Below are positions 17,631 through 31,900 of a DNA stretch of 64,000 nt, piece after piece; position 1 is the first letter of the stretch, and every line of letters begins with the position of its first letter. A program made the translations under genes and the position numbers. A model generated the notes under the pieces. It was not told the DNA's origin. It searched no databases and was given only the letters and a program-made list of their open reading frames with translations. Source of the stretch: a virus; IMG/VR virus record IMGVR_UViG_3300007609_000010, positions 1-64,000 of that record; one strand, written 5' to 3'.

Positions 17631-20600
17631 ATGTCGTCTACTGATAGACAGTCAAGGTTGTTAGTAACTGAAGATTGGAAGAAAATTTATCAAAGTTTCA
17701 GAAATGCGGACTTCCAAAGCTACGATTTTGACAACCTCCGCAGAACAATGATAAACTATCTTAGACAGAATTATCCTGAAGACTTTAACGACTACATTGA
17801 AAGCTCTGAGTATCTTGCACTCATAGACCTTATCGCCTTCCTTGGACAAAACTTATCCTTCCGTGTAGATCTCAATGCTAGAGAAAATTTCCTTGAAACA
17901 GCAGAGCGCAGAGAAAGTGTGCTCAGACTGGCAAAACTTATTTCTTATAATCCTCATAGAAACAAGCCTGCAAACGGACTGTTAAAGTTTGACACTATTA
18001 CAACAACAGAGTCTGTCAAAGACAGCACAGGAACTGATTTATCAGGCACCACCGTGTTATGGAACGACCGGGCTAATCCCAACTACTTCGAACAGTTTGT
18101 TAAGATTTTAAATGCAGCACTTCCTGCCAGCGGCGGCATAGGACGTCCTTTGAAAAATGCAAATATTCAAGGAGTCAGCACTGAACAATATAGATTTAAC
18201 AGTCTAAACACAGATATTCCTGCATACGGATTTAACAAAGATGTTGAAGGACTAACCACACGATTTGAAGTTGTAAGTACATCACTTGATGGGACCAGTA
18301 TTGTAGAGGAACCGCCACTTCCAGGTAATAACCCTAGCTTCCTGTACAGAGACGACGGACAGGGAGCAGGTAGTTCAAACACAGGATTCTTCATGCATTT
18401 CCGTCAAGGAACTCTTGAAAGTGCAAACTTCACAGTTAACAAACCCATCCCAAATCAGGTAGTAGGAATTGATGCGGCAGATATCAATGACAGTGATATT
18501 TGGGTATACGGAACTGATTCTAATGGGTTTGAAACAACCCTATGGACTAAACTGGACAGTGTGGAAGGCAACAACATAATTTATTCAAGCATTTTTGAAG
18601 ACACAAAAAATGTTTATGCTGTGAGCACCAGAACAGACGACAGAATTAATTTGGTATTTTCAGACGGTGTGTTCGGCAATTTACCATCTGGCAGTTTTCG
18701 TATATATTATAGAACATCTGACAATCGAAACATGGTTATAAATCCCAGTGCGCTTCAAAGCATTTCGGTTGAAATTCCTTATATCAGCAGAACAAACAAG
18801 CAAGAAGTTTTGACAATAGGGCTTAGCCTTAAAACAACAGTAAACAATTCCAGACCGAGCGAAACTAATTCGGACATCAAAGCAGATGCTCCTGCAACAT
18901 ACTACACACAAAACAGATTGATCACAGCAGAGGATTATAATGTAGGACCTCTTGGTATTGATCAGGACATAATTAAAACCAAGACAGTTAACAGGATCAG
19001 CAGTGGCATAAGCAAATACCTAGACTTAAAGGATCCTACAGGAAAATATTCAACAACCAGTTTGTTTGCCACGGACGGTGTATTGTACAAACAAGAGTTC
19101 GTGGAAAAAATAAATTTTGATTTTGTTACACAAGCAGATATTGAAGGTGTAATTTATACGGAAATAGAACCGTTAATTAACAGCAATACTGTTAAAGCAT
19201 TTTATCAACAAAACTTCAATAGAAAAAATATTGAAGATCTAAATGCTACTTGGAGACAGGTTACAAACTCCACAAATAGAAGCACTGGTTATTTTCAAGA
19301 AATCCTAAACACTGCACAGCTATTCACAGCTGCTAACGGCACGCCTATTCAAGGTGCGGCAGTATATCCTGTTGCATCATATGCACAAAACAATTTAAGT
19401 TTCTTTGAAACCGGCGCACTTGTAAAATTTAAAGCGCCTAAAAATCAAAATCAAGTACAACAGTATTATCTAGAAGACGGAACATTAACCACTTTGGCAA
19501 CTGCTCCCGGTGCAAGCCTTTATAACTGGACAATAGTGCAATCAGTAAACAACGATGGAACTGCAATTGACGATAACGGATTTGGTCCAATTGTGTTTAA
19601 TGACATTATTGCAGAAGGGTCTGTGTTGGTTGAGATACTTCCTAGATATACTCGCAGCATTTCTTCAGATATCAAGCGACAAATAGTAGATAGAGCATTT
19701 GCTTTTAGAGATTTTGGATTGCGTTACAGTCAAGAAGATCGCGAATGGAAGATTATAACCGCAGAAAATATTAATACCTATTCTGGATTTTCAAATCAAA
19801 ATGCAGGAAACAACATCGGACAAAATCTTGACTCTAGCTGGATTTTCTATTTTCAAACAGACGGTAGCAAATACACAGTGTCCTATAGGAATCTAAGGTA
19901 TGTATTTGAAAGTGCCGACGAAGTAAAATTCTTTTTCGACAGTGCTGATAAAATATATGATCCTAAAACAGGACAAGTACAAAAAGACGTAATTAAGGTT
20001 CTAAATATTAATACTCGTCCTAATGCAACACAGCCTTTCAATAAAGACTTTGACTGGAGTATTTCTGATGCATACAAAGATGCAGGCGGATACAACGACA
20101 CTCGTAAAATTCAGTTGGCCCTGTTTGACAAAGACGATGACGGCATTGCTGACAATCCGGATATATTCAAAGACATAGTAGACGAGTTTAATGTTCCTCT
20201 TGATAAAAGATTTATATTCCAACAGAGATATGCAACTTCTGACGGAGTAGACGATTATCGATATTTTGACAATTCTGACAACACTGTTAAAATCAGACAA
20301 AATGAAAAAGATCCTATTAACCCTAGTGTTGAGTCAGAAGGACAAGTATTCTATTTTTCAGATTTTGATTTGTTCAAAGTGCTGAATAAGTCGCAAAATA
20401 ATATGACAGTGACAACCGATTATCGTGCATTTGTAGGCAGAGATAAATTAAAGTTCCAATATGTTCATGTAGCCGATCAAAACTACAGAATTGATCCGAG
20501 CAGAAGCAATATAATGGATACATATCTGTTAACAAAAAGTTATGACAGTCTAATGAGACAATTCCTGGACGGTGGCATAACTGAAAAACCATTGCCACCT

Positions 20601-22895
20601 AGCACAGATGAACTATTTTCAACCTATGGCACAGCCTTAAATAAAATCAAAAGTATCAGCGACGAAATAGTATATCATCCTGTTAAGTATAAGATACTGT
20701 TTGGCGACAAAGCTGACAATAACTTGCAAGCCACATTTAAAGTTGTGAAAAACAGTGAAGTTTCTGTAAACAACAATGAATTAAAAGCAAATATAATTGA
20801 TTTAATAAACAGATTTTTCAGCATAGAAAATTGGGATTTTGGCGAAACATTCTACTTCCAAGAACTATCCACATACATAATGAATCAACTTACTCCGGAG
20901 CTGGTAAGTTTTGTGATAGTCCCTACTCAAGCACAGCAAACATTTGGAAGTTTATTTGAAGTTAAATGCGAAAGTGATGAAATCTTTATAAATGGTGCAA
21001 CAGTAGACAACATAGAATTTATAGATGAACATTCAGCCAGTGCGTTGCAATCTACTGGCAGGGTGTTTACAGGAATCAGTGCGCCACAACAAGGTGTGAT
21101 AACAAGAACAACTTCCTCACCGTCAATACTGCCAAGCTCAACTGTGTTAACAAATATAGATACTGGAAATACAGGAGGCACACTTGTTCCCTCAGCCGCT
21201 GTCGAAGAACAGTTAACTACCGAACTTGGTGATCCATTTGAAGGAGTGTTAGGAAATCTTGATCCGATTGATCCGACATATAGCCTAAGTGCACCATTGG
21301 TTGTAGATGAAGGAGATTCGTTTACAGTAAATCTTACAACAACTGATATTCCAGACGGAAGTGTCCTAAGTTATAATATTACTGGTATTTCTGCTAGTGA
21401 CATTGGTGGTGAGCCATTAACTGGGCAATTTGTAGTTAATGCTAACAGTGCATTTGCTACATTTACTTTGACTAATGATTTAGGATTAGAAGGTCCGGAA
21501 AAATTTGTGCTCACACTGAATAATCAACAGGCATCTGTAGAAGTACAGTTCTTGGATACCAGTGTGCCAACAGACCCTGTTGATCCTACAATTTTAGCAG
21601 TTTCTAACACAACTGGAACTTACCCAAGCCGGACTTCAATCATCGATACCAGTACAACTTTGAGATTTATTGCTGATGCTGATCCTTATCCTGCAAAAGC
21701 AGGAATCCCGTTAGTCAATGACGGTGTTACTGCTAGAGAATTTTCAGACAGCACTGCGTTAATCACTGATAAGACATATGACGTGACTTTTGATTTTAAA
21801 GCAGGTAACAATCTATACAATAGCACTAATGATACATTTGATACGCTACCATTACCTAATCCAGAAGTTCTGGGCACAAACTCGGTAGGAATAATGCTTA
21901 ACGGTGTTGTGTTCCACGGACCTGATTTTGTGTCTTCTACCTTGCCAGGCGGTAGCAATGTAGCAGAATCTGGGTTTGTTTGGAACTCTGTGTTTAACGG
22001 CAACCTATTTGGCGAAGACGGCGCCGGCGGCTATCCAGAAAGCAATGGTGAATATCATTATCATAATGGCAAGTTCTTATATAGAGCATGGAACAATGAA
22101 AAGTTTATTTCGTCCAGCAGTTATTTTGCTGACACTGCTAGCAACGACGGCGACAATCTTAGACACAGTGACGGCCATTCTAAGATAGTAGGATTTGCAT
22201 TTGACGGATATCCCATATACGGACCATTTGGGTATACAATTCCTGGCGATAACACATCGGGCATAAGCCAGCAAAGTTCCAGTTACAGGACTAAACCGTC
22301 GGCTGCATCTGGTAGAGGTTATTTGTACTCTGAATTGCCTGCAGGCACATTTGTACAGGACTATGAGTATATAGAAGGACTTGGGTCGCTGGATGAATAC
22401 AACGGAAAATACTGTAAAACCCCTGATTATCCTGCAGGAACATATGCTTACTTCTTGACATTTGAAGATGGCGACTTAAACACACCAGTATATCCTTATA
22501 TCGTTGGTCCTAGCACACGAGATCAAAGAACACCTACAGGAACAGTAACGCAATTAACAAACTTTGGACAAACCTATTCAATTGCAGTAACCAACAATGG
22601 TGCAACTGCATATGTGTTAGCGGGTGCCGACAGAGCGGGATTAGTTGACGGCGAGAATCCTACGGTGACAGTTAATATAGGTGATACATTAGAGCTAAAC
22701 ATGAACACTGTTGGATACAGACTTTACATCAAGACAGCAGCAGTTATCGGAACAGGAAGCGCAGTTACAACTCCTGTTGTTAGCAGTAATGGTTCAGAGA
22801 CAGGAACTATTTCTTGGACACCAGATACAGCAGGAACATATTATTATGTTGCTGAAAACAGCACAAGCATGATCGGCGAAATCATAGTACAATAA
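17631..22895 (+). CDS. gp6-like baseplate wedge subunit with C-terminal Ig-like, YHYH and cupredoxin-like extension
   Basis: YDFDNLRRTMINYLRQNYPEDFNDYIESSE, ENFLETAERRESV and QNRLITAEDY (gp6); GEYHYH, IVGFAFDGYPIYGP and LDEYNG (YHYH domain). Confidence 0.85.
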   Translation: MSSTDRQSRLLVTEDWKKIYQSFRNADFQSYDFDNLRRTMINYLRQNYPEDFNDYIESSEYLALIDLIAFLGQNLSFRVDLNARENFLETAERRESVLRLAKLISYNPHRNKPANGLLKFDTITTTESVKDSTGTDLSGTTVLWNDRANPNYFEQFVKILNAALPASGGIGRPLKNANIQGVSTEQYRFNSLNTDIPAYGFNKDVEGLTTRFEVVSTSLDGTSIVEEPPLPGNNPSFLYRDDGQGAGSSNTGFFMHFRQGTLESANFTVNKPIPNQVVGIDAADINDSDIWVYGTDSNGFETTLWTKLDSVEGNNIIYSSIFEDTKNVYAVSTRTDDRINLVFSDGVFGNLPSGSFRIYYRTSDNRNMVINPSALQSISVEIPYISRTNKQEVLTIGLSLKTTVNNSRPSETNSDIKADAPATYYTQNRLITAEDYNVGPLGIDQDIIKTKTVNRISSGISKYLDLKDPTGKYSTTSLFATDGVLYKQEFVEKINFDFVTQADIEGVIYTEIEPLINSNTVKAFYQQNFNRKNIEDLNATWRQVTNSTNRSTGYFQEILNTAQLFTAANGTPIQGAAVYPVASYAQNNLSFFETGALVKFKAPKNQNQVQQYYLEDGTLTTLATAPGASLYNWTIVQSVNNDGTAIDDNGFGPIVFNDIIAEGSVLVEILPRYTRSISSDIKRQIVDRAFAFRDFGLRYSQEDREWKIITAENINTYSGFSNQNAGNNIGQNLDSSWIFYFQTDGSKYTVSYRNLRYVFESADEVKFFFDSADKIYDPKTGQVQKDVIKVLNINTRPNATQPFNKDFDWSISDAYKDAGGYNDTRKIQLALFDKDDDGIADNPDIFKDIVDEFNVPLDKRFIFQQRYATSDGVDDYRYFDNSDNTVKIRQNEKDPINPSVESEGQVFYFSDFDLFKVLNKSQNNMTVTTDYRAFVGRDKLKFQYVHVADQNYRIDPSRSNIMDTYLLTKSYDSLMRQFLDGGITEKPLPPSTDELFSTYGTALNKIKSISDEIVYHPVKYKILFGDKADNNLQATFKVVKNSEVSVNNNELKANIIDLINRFFSIENWDFGETFYFQELSTYIMNQLTPELVSFVIVPTQAQQTFGSLFEVKCESDEIFINGATVDNIEFIDEHSASALQSTGRVFTGISAPQQGVITRTTSSPSILPSSTVLTNIDTGNTGGTLVPSAAVEEQLTTELGDPFEGVLGNLDPIDPTYSLSAPLVVDEGDSFTVNLTTTDIPDGSVLSYNITGISASDIGGEPLTGQFVVNANSAFATFTLTNDLGLEGPEKFVLTLNNQQASVEVQFLDTSVPTDPVDPTILAVSNTTGTYPSRTSIIDTSTTLRFIADADPYPAKAGIPLVNDGVTAREFSDSTALITDKTYDVTFDFKAGNNLYNSTNDTFDTLPLPNPEVLGTNSVGIMLNGVVFHGPDFVSSTLPGGSNVAESGFVWNSVFNGNLFGEDGAGGYPESNGEYHYHNGKFLYRAWNNEKFISSSSYFADTASNDGDNLRHSDGHSKIVGFAFDGYPIYGPFGYTIPGDNTSGISQQSSSYRTKPSAASGRGYLYSELPAGTFVQDYEYIEGLGSLDEYNGKYCKTPDYPAGTYAYFLTFEDGDLNTPVYPYIVGPSTRDQRTPTGTVTQLTNFGQTYSIAVTNNGATAYVLAGADRAGLVDGENPTVTVNIGDTLELNMNTVGYRLYIKTAAVIGTGSAVTTPVVSSNGSETGTISWTPDTAGTYYYVAENSTSMIGEIIVQ

Positions 22896-22908
22896 GAGGT
22901 TATATTTA

Positions 22909-25900
22909 ATGTCATCAAACAGTCAAAACGAATTTGGAGCACCAACACAGGGAGAAAGCAATCGCACTAGTGCAAGATTTCTTCCTAGGTTTTTCAGATC
23001 GGAAGCTAATCTCAAATTTTTGCAGGCAACCGTTGATCAATTAACGCAACCAGGTGTTGCTGAAAAATTAGGCGGGTTCTTTGGAAGAAAAATTGCCAAA
23101 GGTTATAGACCTGGAGATGTTTATGTAGGTGATGTTAACAGCCAACGAGAAAATTATCAACTGGAACCTGCTCTGGTTATCAAAAATGAATTAGGTAATG
23201 TAACATATTATAAAGACTACAATGATTATATAAATTCGCTGTCGTTTTTCAATGTGAACACTGCTAACCACGACAAGTTGAATCGACAAGAAAGTTATCC
23301 GTGGAATCCCAACATTGACTGGGACAAGTTTGTAAACTTTCGTGAATACTATTGGCTACCGGACGGTCCCCTAAGTGTACCTGTAAGAGGACAAGCTAGA
23401 GAAATCCAAAGCACGTTTACTGTTTCCGTTGAAGAAGCAGATGGAGATTTTTCCTATGTGTTTAATAATAAATTCACTCGCAACCCTAGCCTGAAGTTGT
23501 ATAGAGGACAAACATACAGATTCGAAATTAACTGTCCTGGACATCCTTTTGCAGTAGCAGTTACTAGAAGTTTCACTCCAGGAAATGCAGTGGTCGTTGC
23601 AGGCAACGAAGGAATCAGACAAGACGGTCTGTTTGGCGCAGATTTATATGGCAATAATTATGACATAGGTGATTGGCTGGTGTTGCCAGACAGCGGAAGC
23701 GTGACGTTCGACGATGATGAAAATGTGAGCACTCTTTATCCAGACGGTATAAGAAAACTGGGCGAAGGCGGAGAAGAAATTGCAAACGTTTATATCGAAC
23801 AAGGAGTCCTAGAGTTTACTGTGCCAGTAAATTCTCCAGATAGACTTTTCTACATATCTAAAAATGACATTGACGTTAGCGGCCTGTTCAAAATATACGA
23901 CATTGAAGAAAACAGTTTTATTGATGTCGAAGAAGAAGTTATAGGCAAAAAATACTACACCAGTTCAAACGGTGTTGAGTTTACAAATGGACTTAAGGTA
24001 TTCTTCAGAGGAGTTACAGAACCCGTAACATATCAAGAAGGAGAATATTATGTCGAGGGTGTAGGTCATGCAATTAAACTGATACCTGCAGATGACTTAG
24101 TAATCACACAAACATACAGTAACGATGTTTTGCAACCTTTTGACGAACAAGCATTTGACGAGATGCCATTCGGCGCGGCCAATTCTTATCCTGTGAAAAA
24201 AGACTATCTCACCATAAGTCGTGCCAGTAATGATCTTAATGCTTGGTCAAGATCTAACAGATGGTTCCATAGAGATGTAATAGAACAAAGTTATGTTTAC
24301 AATGAAATACCAATTGATGTTGAAGAAACAGGAAAAGCAAAGCGTCCTATTATAGAATTTGAACCCGGGTTAAAACTTTATAATTACGGAACATTTACAA
24401 AACAGAGTGTTGATGTTATAGATACATTCACCACTGATGTCTTTAGCACCGTCGAAGGCACAACTGGTTACAATGTCGATGGCGTAGAGTTGATAGCAGG
24501 TATGCGTGTGCTATTTGCCGCAGACACAGATATCATTGTTAATGGTGCAATATATGAAGTTAAATTTGTAAAAGTTGGAAACGAAGAAAGAATTACATTT
24601 GTAGAGACCGCAGACAGTTTTCCTTTGGAAAATGAAAATGTCCTCGTAAAACAAGGCAATCAGTTCGCAGGAAAACTTTTCTTTTATAATGGCGAACGTT
24701 GGATTCAAGCGCAAGATAAATTAGATGTAAATCAAGCTCCGCTGTTCGATTTATGTTGTCCAGCAGGAAACTACTATAGTGATTTAGAAGTATTTGATTC
24801 CTCAACGTTTACAGGATGTAAAGTATTCTCGTATAAAGAAGGAACAGGAACTAATGATACAGAATTAGGATTTCCGCTTACCTATCGCAATATTAATAAC
24901 ACAGGCGATATTCTTTTCGAATTCAACTTACTCACAGACAGTTTTACGGTGCAAAACGAAGATGAAATTGTCACTGTAACTACCGATACATCATTTCTAA
25001 GATCTTATTCTACAAGGACTGATTTTGAGTATCGTAATGGATGGAGTACTACACCAGTTGTAAGTCGTCAAAAAGTTCTTAGACATTATGATGCCACAGA
25101 ATCTCAAACAAACAATTTTGAAATTGATGTATACAATAATGCAGGCGATCTAAATGATCTAAAGATTGCTGTTTTTGTAAATGAAGTATTCAAGCAACAA
25201 GGTCTGCACTATGAAATTGATAGGCTAAATGGCAGAGCTTATGTGCGCTTTCTAGATAACTTGGCACCAAACGATGTTGTCTTAATCAAAAGCACCAGTA
25301 GTACTGCAAAAAATGCCAACGGGCATTATGAAGTTCCGTACAATCTAGAAAGAAATCCACTTAATCAAAATATCTCAGACTTTACACTAGGTGAAGTTAT
25401 AGATCATGTAGATTCTATGATAGAGGATATACCAGAATTTTCTGGGTCATATCCTGGTCGTAGTAATTTACGTGATGTAGGAAAACTAGACGGATACGGA
25501 AAGCGTTTTCTTAAGCACGCTGGTCCTCTCAATCTTCCAATGTATAGCATAACCACAAAAGAATATAATATTGTTCGAGCTATAGAATATGGAAAAAACG
25601 AGTATACAAAATTTAAAAGAAACTTTTTGATTACAGCGGCTGATTTAGGAGTGGATGCAGAAATACCTGTTCATGTAGATGCAGTTTTAGAAGAACTAAA
25701 CAAAGATAAAGTAAACACCCAGCCATTTTACTTTTCGGACATGTTAGGTTATAAGTCTAGTAACACAATATATTATAATGTAGTTGATAACGAAAATCCT
25801 TACTACGGCTTACCTGACGAATTTAGTTTAAACAATCTTAATAACAAATCGATACTAATTTACCTTAATGGTAATCAATTAATTTTCAATAAAGATTATC

Positions 25901-28900
25901 AATTTACAGATGAACAATTTGCTTATATTCAAGCCGGGCAACAAATTGGGGATGAGATAGAAATAGTCGAATACGAAAGTACCGACGGCAGTTACATACC
26001 TCCTACTCCGACAAAATTAGGACTATATCCTAGATTTGAACCTGAGTTAGTAATTGACGAACAATGGCTAGACAATCAGCAAGATGTAAATGTTACCCGA
26101 CCATATGCCGTTTACGGAGAAAACCTAAACAATCATTTAGACAGGGGTTGGTTTTATCCTTTATATCTTGATAGAAAAACAGCAAAAACTGACGATCCTG
26201 ACGAAAGCGTAATTCAAATAATGTTTAAAGGGTCTAGCAGAATATTTTATGCCCCCGCAAGTAAAATAAATCTAGGAACATCAGTTCCGCCTGAACAGTA
26301 CACAGAGTTTCCTATAGGAGCTACATTTGTTAAAGGCCACGATGGCAGTTTATTTAAATGTTATAAAGACTATAGAGATCTATTATTACTAGAATTAGAA
26401 ACAAGAATCTATAATAACATTAAAGTCGATTATGATAAAACACAAATTAATATACATTCATACGTTGGCGGCAGATTTAGAGACACAGGGTTATCAAATG
26501 CAGACATTGACAGAATATTAATTAAAGATTTTGCCGACTGGAATAGAGTAGCAAACATTGACTATACTGCAAACACTGTGTTTCAGAATCAAGATCAATT
26601 TTCATATAATTATAGCACAGCTGGTTCTATTGTGGATAATAATTCTTTACCGGGATATTGGAGAGCTGTTTATAAGGACGCATTTGACACAGATCGTCCG
26701 CATACTCATCCTTGGGAAATGCTAGGGTTTTCAATAAAGCCTGTTTGGTGGGACGAAGTATACGGCGTTCCTCCTTACACTAGTAATAATACAATACTAT
26801 GGAACGATTTGCAAGAAGGAATAGTTCGCGAGCCAGGCAAAGGAGTAGTGATTAAAAGCGATTATGCACGACCAGGACTTGTTAATTTCCTACCGGTAGA
26901 CAATCAAGGTCAATTAAAGGCGCCAATAAACGCCAACTATGCCAAAAACATAGTGCTTAGAAATACGGACGACAGTTTTGAGTTTGGCGATCAAGCACCG
27001 GTAGAAAGTGCATGGCGCCGAAGCTCCGAATACCCATTTTCTTTAATTAAAGCCATTATGTTAAATCGTCCAGCAGATTTTATAGGTAAAGCATTTGATG
27101 TTGCTCGTATTTCTAGAAATTTGGCGGGACAGTACATTTATTCCGAAACCGGTAAACACTTAGAACTAGATAAATTGGTATTCCCTAATACATATCAAGA
27201 CAATAGACGAATTCCTGCTAGCGGGCTTGTCAATTACATTTATAACCTTGTTGGCAGCAATGTATTGACAGTATACGAAGATTATAAGAACAATATAAAG
27301 AATATTAGAAACCAACTGGGGATAAAGTTAGCAGGATATACTGACAAACAAAAATTAAATTTGCTTTTACAAAGCAAAAGTCCCAGCGAAGAAAACGCAC
27401 AAGGAATATTTATTCCAGAAGAAAACTATGATGTGTTTTTGAATGTATCTAGTCCTGTGGACAATGTAAATTACAGCGGAGTGTTAATAGAAGTTAGGCC
27501 AGACGGATATATTATTCAGGGTTATAATGCAGATACTCCTATGTTCCGTTATTATACACCTGTCGGCAAGCAAGGAGACATCACAGTGGTAGCAGGCGGC
27601 GAATCTGCAAATGTTGTGCAATGGCAACCGAACAAATTGTATGTAAATGGACAGATTGTAGAAAATAATTTCTCATATTTTAGAGTTACACAAGATTTCA
27701 CCAGTGGTCCTGCTTTTTCAGACGACAACTTGGCTAAATTGCCAGAACTGCCTATTACAGGCGGCCAACGTGCTCAAATTAAAACAGGATTCAACAAGTC
27801 TAGGGTATTAGAATTAAATTACGGTGCAAAATTAAAAACTGTTCAGGAAGTAGTAGATTTCTTACTTGGATATGGAGAGTATCTAAAAGACCAAGGATTC
27901 CGGTTTGAGTACTTTGACCAGAATTATCAAAGAGTAGAAGATTGGAAATCAGCCGCTAAAGAATTTTTATTCTGGAGCTCACAAGGGTGGGCCGCTGGTA
28001 CAGTGATTGGGCTTAGTCCAAGTGCTTACGAAATACAATTTAGACGTGATTTTGCTGTAGTTGATGATATATTTGACAACTTTTATAGATACAGTTTGTT
28101 GGCTGAAAATGGAAACCCTCTAGAACGCAGATTTAGTAATGTTCTTAGAGAAAAAAATTCCTTTAATTTATCAGTTTCACAAACTGATAACGGTATCTAC
28201 AATCTTACATTGCCCACTGTGCAAAAAGAACATGTTATATTATTGGACAACGAAACTATCTTTAATGATATTCTGTATCAACCTTACTCAGGTTATAGAC
28301 AGGAGAGAATAAAAGTTCTTGGATACAGGAGTGACAACTGGGACGGCAGTTTAAACATCCCTGGATTTGTTTTTGACGATGCAACAGTTACAGAATGGGA
28401 ACCATGGCAAGATTATTCAATCGGTAGCCTGGTTAAGTATAAAGAATTTTATTATGTGTCGTTGTATCAAGTATATGGCAGTGCTGAATTTAATCCTAAC
28501 TTTTGGAGTCGTCTAAGCGAAAAGCCAGAATCACAGTTAATGACTAACTTTGACTTTAGGGTAAACCAATTCGCAGACTTTTATGATGTAGAAAGTATAG
28601 GCTTTGATGAAGATCAGCAACGTCTTGCACAACATCTCATTGGCTACCAAAAACGAGATTACTTAGCCAACATAATCAATGACGAAGTTAGCCAATTTAA
28701 ATTCTATCAAGGATTTATTCAAGATAAAGGAACTAGAAATTCTATTGATAAACTGTTTAATTCTCTAGAAGGTCAAACTGAAAGTTTAGACTTCTATGAA
28801 GAGTGGGCAGTCCAGTCGGGATTTTACGGAGACTTTGACAAAATTAAACAGGTTGCTATTCCTCTGCAAGAAGACAAAATGTTAGAAACTCCGCAAGGCA

Positions 28901-31900
28901 TTGAACTAGTGGATTACATACCGCAAGGTGTGTTTGATACCACTTATAGAGTGCGTCCCTTCCAATTAGAAAATAAACCTGCAGATTTCACAGTAAATTG
29001 TTTTCCTACCACTAAGCTTCAGGAGTATGTGCTCACAGGTGGATATGTTCACGAAGACGATGTTGATTATAAAATTCAAACTATAAGTGAACTAGAAACA
29101 GTTGATAATAATCTTATCTCTATAGGGGAGTATCTCTGGGTAACAGACGAAGAACCAAACAATTGGAATGTTTACAGGGTATTAGAATCGTTAATAACAA
29201 TTAACTCGTTTGCAATAAATGAAGATCTTAATGAACTGGGACAAACAATTGCAACTGTTGAATTTAGCGGAGCCGAAGTTGATATAATTGCAGGCGATGT
29301 AATCGCAATTAACGATGCTCAACTTTATAATATTCTTGGGTTCTTTATTGTAGACGAAATAGATTCCTCTACTTGCACATTGGTAATTCCTGAAGAAAAC
29401 AATTTTAAGGATTTTGTAGACGAAAGTTTTGCGTGTGTTGTTTTAAAGTCTGCAAGGGTTAGCAACTTTACAGAATTTAACACAGTGGCAGAAACTTTCG
29501 ATTTAGACAGTCAGAAAATCTGGATTGATTCCTACGAAGGTCCCGATCTTTGGGCCGTTCTTCAAAACGAGCCTGTGTATGAAAACACATATGAGCTGTT
29601 AAATCCTGCCGACGTTGCAGAATCTACTGAAATATTTGATGAAACACAGTTATATGCTAAAGATTTTGCAACCAGTTTAGATAATAAGTTATTGTTTACC
29701 AGCGCCCCGGGACTAGATAACGGAGTAGTATATCTATACAGAAGAGATCAAGACGTAGACGAACCTATTCTGTCACAGACAATTAATAATCCTAATCTTA
29801 ATTTTGATGGTACGGAATCTAAGTTTGGTGAATCCGTAGCAGTGACAGAAGACGGCGAATATGTTGCAATTGGTATACCAGATGCAAGCTCAATTAAAAC
29901 AAAGTATCAAGGAATTTACAGAGTTTCTCAAGATTATAACAAAGGCGACATTGTAAAGCACAAAGGAAGTCTATGGCAAGCAGTTCGTCAAGTGTTTGGA
30001 CAGCAGTCTAACAGACAATATAGTACCTTTGATAGCTATATTGACATCGATGCTAGAACATTCGAAGACTCTAGTGTAATTAAGTTGTTATTGACAGGTT
30101 CACCTGGATTGCAAAATCGTCAGGTAAACCACTTCTTGGTTAGAGCTCCTGCAGATATGTATCTAGGATCTAAGATAGGTGATCAATTAAAATTAGAATG
30201 GAACGAGTTTACGTACTTGAATGGTGATATTAATACACCTTATTATCCGTGGAATAATTCTATACCTGAACTAGGGTATAACAGTTCTACAGATAATATC
30301 TTTATAGAAGACTTCCACGAAATTAAAGGTAAGATTGACAAAGTTCTGATACTGCCAGAATATAAGAGAGCTGTTCAAGTTGGTGATCAAGTACAAACAG
30401 AAACAGGATTTGCAGATGTAGCTTATGTTGATATATCAGCAGGCACAATGGTATTGTATATTAATAATCTGCGAGGTTCATTTAGCTCTGCCGATACATT
30501 GCAGTTCTTTGACTTCAATACAGCTATTACAGAAGAAGTTGGAGAGTATACAGAAGTAGATTATGGGTTCACAGATGACTTTAATGGATTTTGGATTGTG
30601 CAACTGGACAGCAGTGATAGCGGGTTTGCATTTAATGAGAATAATTCTAATTACGATAATGGAACAACATTTTATGAAGTAGGAACTGGCTTGGTAATTG
30701 CCGATGTTATACAAAGCGAAGAGTTTGATTCAGCCGGCCGCGAACGTAATCTGTATTTCAACGTTATCGACAGTATTAAATCTATAGGAGCAGTTCCCAG
30801 TAATAATCTAAAATCCAGCATGATACACAACCTGGGTGACAAATATATGGTGAGAATGTCACCGGAGATGACTGCTGAACTAGAATATAGATTTGCAAAG
30901 CGTAAACAAAATTTAAATGCAACATTTGGAGACACACCGGCTGTTAAGGATAGTCTAAATGGTTCATTTATTAATCTTGTATTAGGCGAATACGATGAAA
31001 TATATGAGGATAGCGACGATTATCTACCAATAAGTTCAAGACCCCAAATCAGATTTAATTTGTTTGACTATGTAGGATCTCCGTTTTATAATGAAGCAGA
31101 CGATGCTGGTTTATTTTTCCAAGCTGTAAATGGTCGTAAGACTGTGACAGACCTTTGGGACGGATACATTGATGTGACTCTTAAAGAAGTAGATCCTGAA
31201 ACTGGAAACCTTTATAGATTTAAAGCAAATGATACTATAAGCGATGTTCAAAGACCTTTTGACATATTCCAAAGACCTAGTGCAGTTCCATTTAACACAA
31301 TACCTGAAAATATAGCTGTAGTTACATCAGTTAAAGATAACATTGATGGAAGATTTGACAGGCAACGATTGTATATAAAAATTAAAAGCGGCGCATGGGA
31401 ATTAGAAAACAATATTGCACAGATTGAGTTAGAAAGGCGTAGAGAATTTGATGCCGATAGAATAATTGGCGAAATAGAAAACTACGCCAACGATGTAATT
31501 GTTCCTAGTCGTTTTATTGGTAAATTTATGGTCATTGACAGTGCCGATTTAGGCACAGGGTCAAATTATGTTTTGGAAAATGCTGAATATTTCATTACTA
31601 CTGAATCCTTAAATGAATTAGGTGCAGATTCTGTACCTAGCGTGCCTAGCAGTCTAAATAGAGATTATGAACAGGTGTACAATATAACAACTAACAACGG
31701 GGGTACACCGGGCAAAGCTAACGAAGGATGCGTGGCAATTTTCCAAAGATCCGGACCGGATAATTATAACCTAAGCCGAATTATAGTAAGCGAGCAAAAC
31801 TTCGGAGTGTTAAACAATCGTTTCGGAAAAAATGTTAAGTTTGTTAAAAATGGATTGCAGTATAGACTGAGCGTGGCCAGCGACGGAGACTTTAATACAA

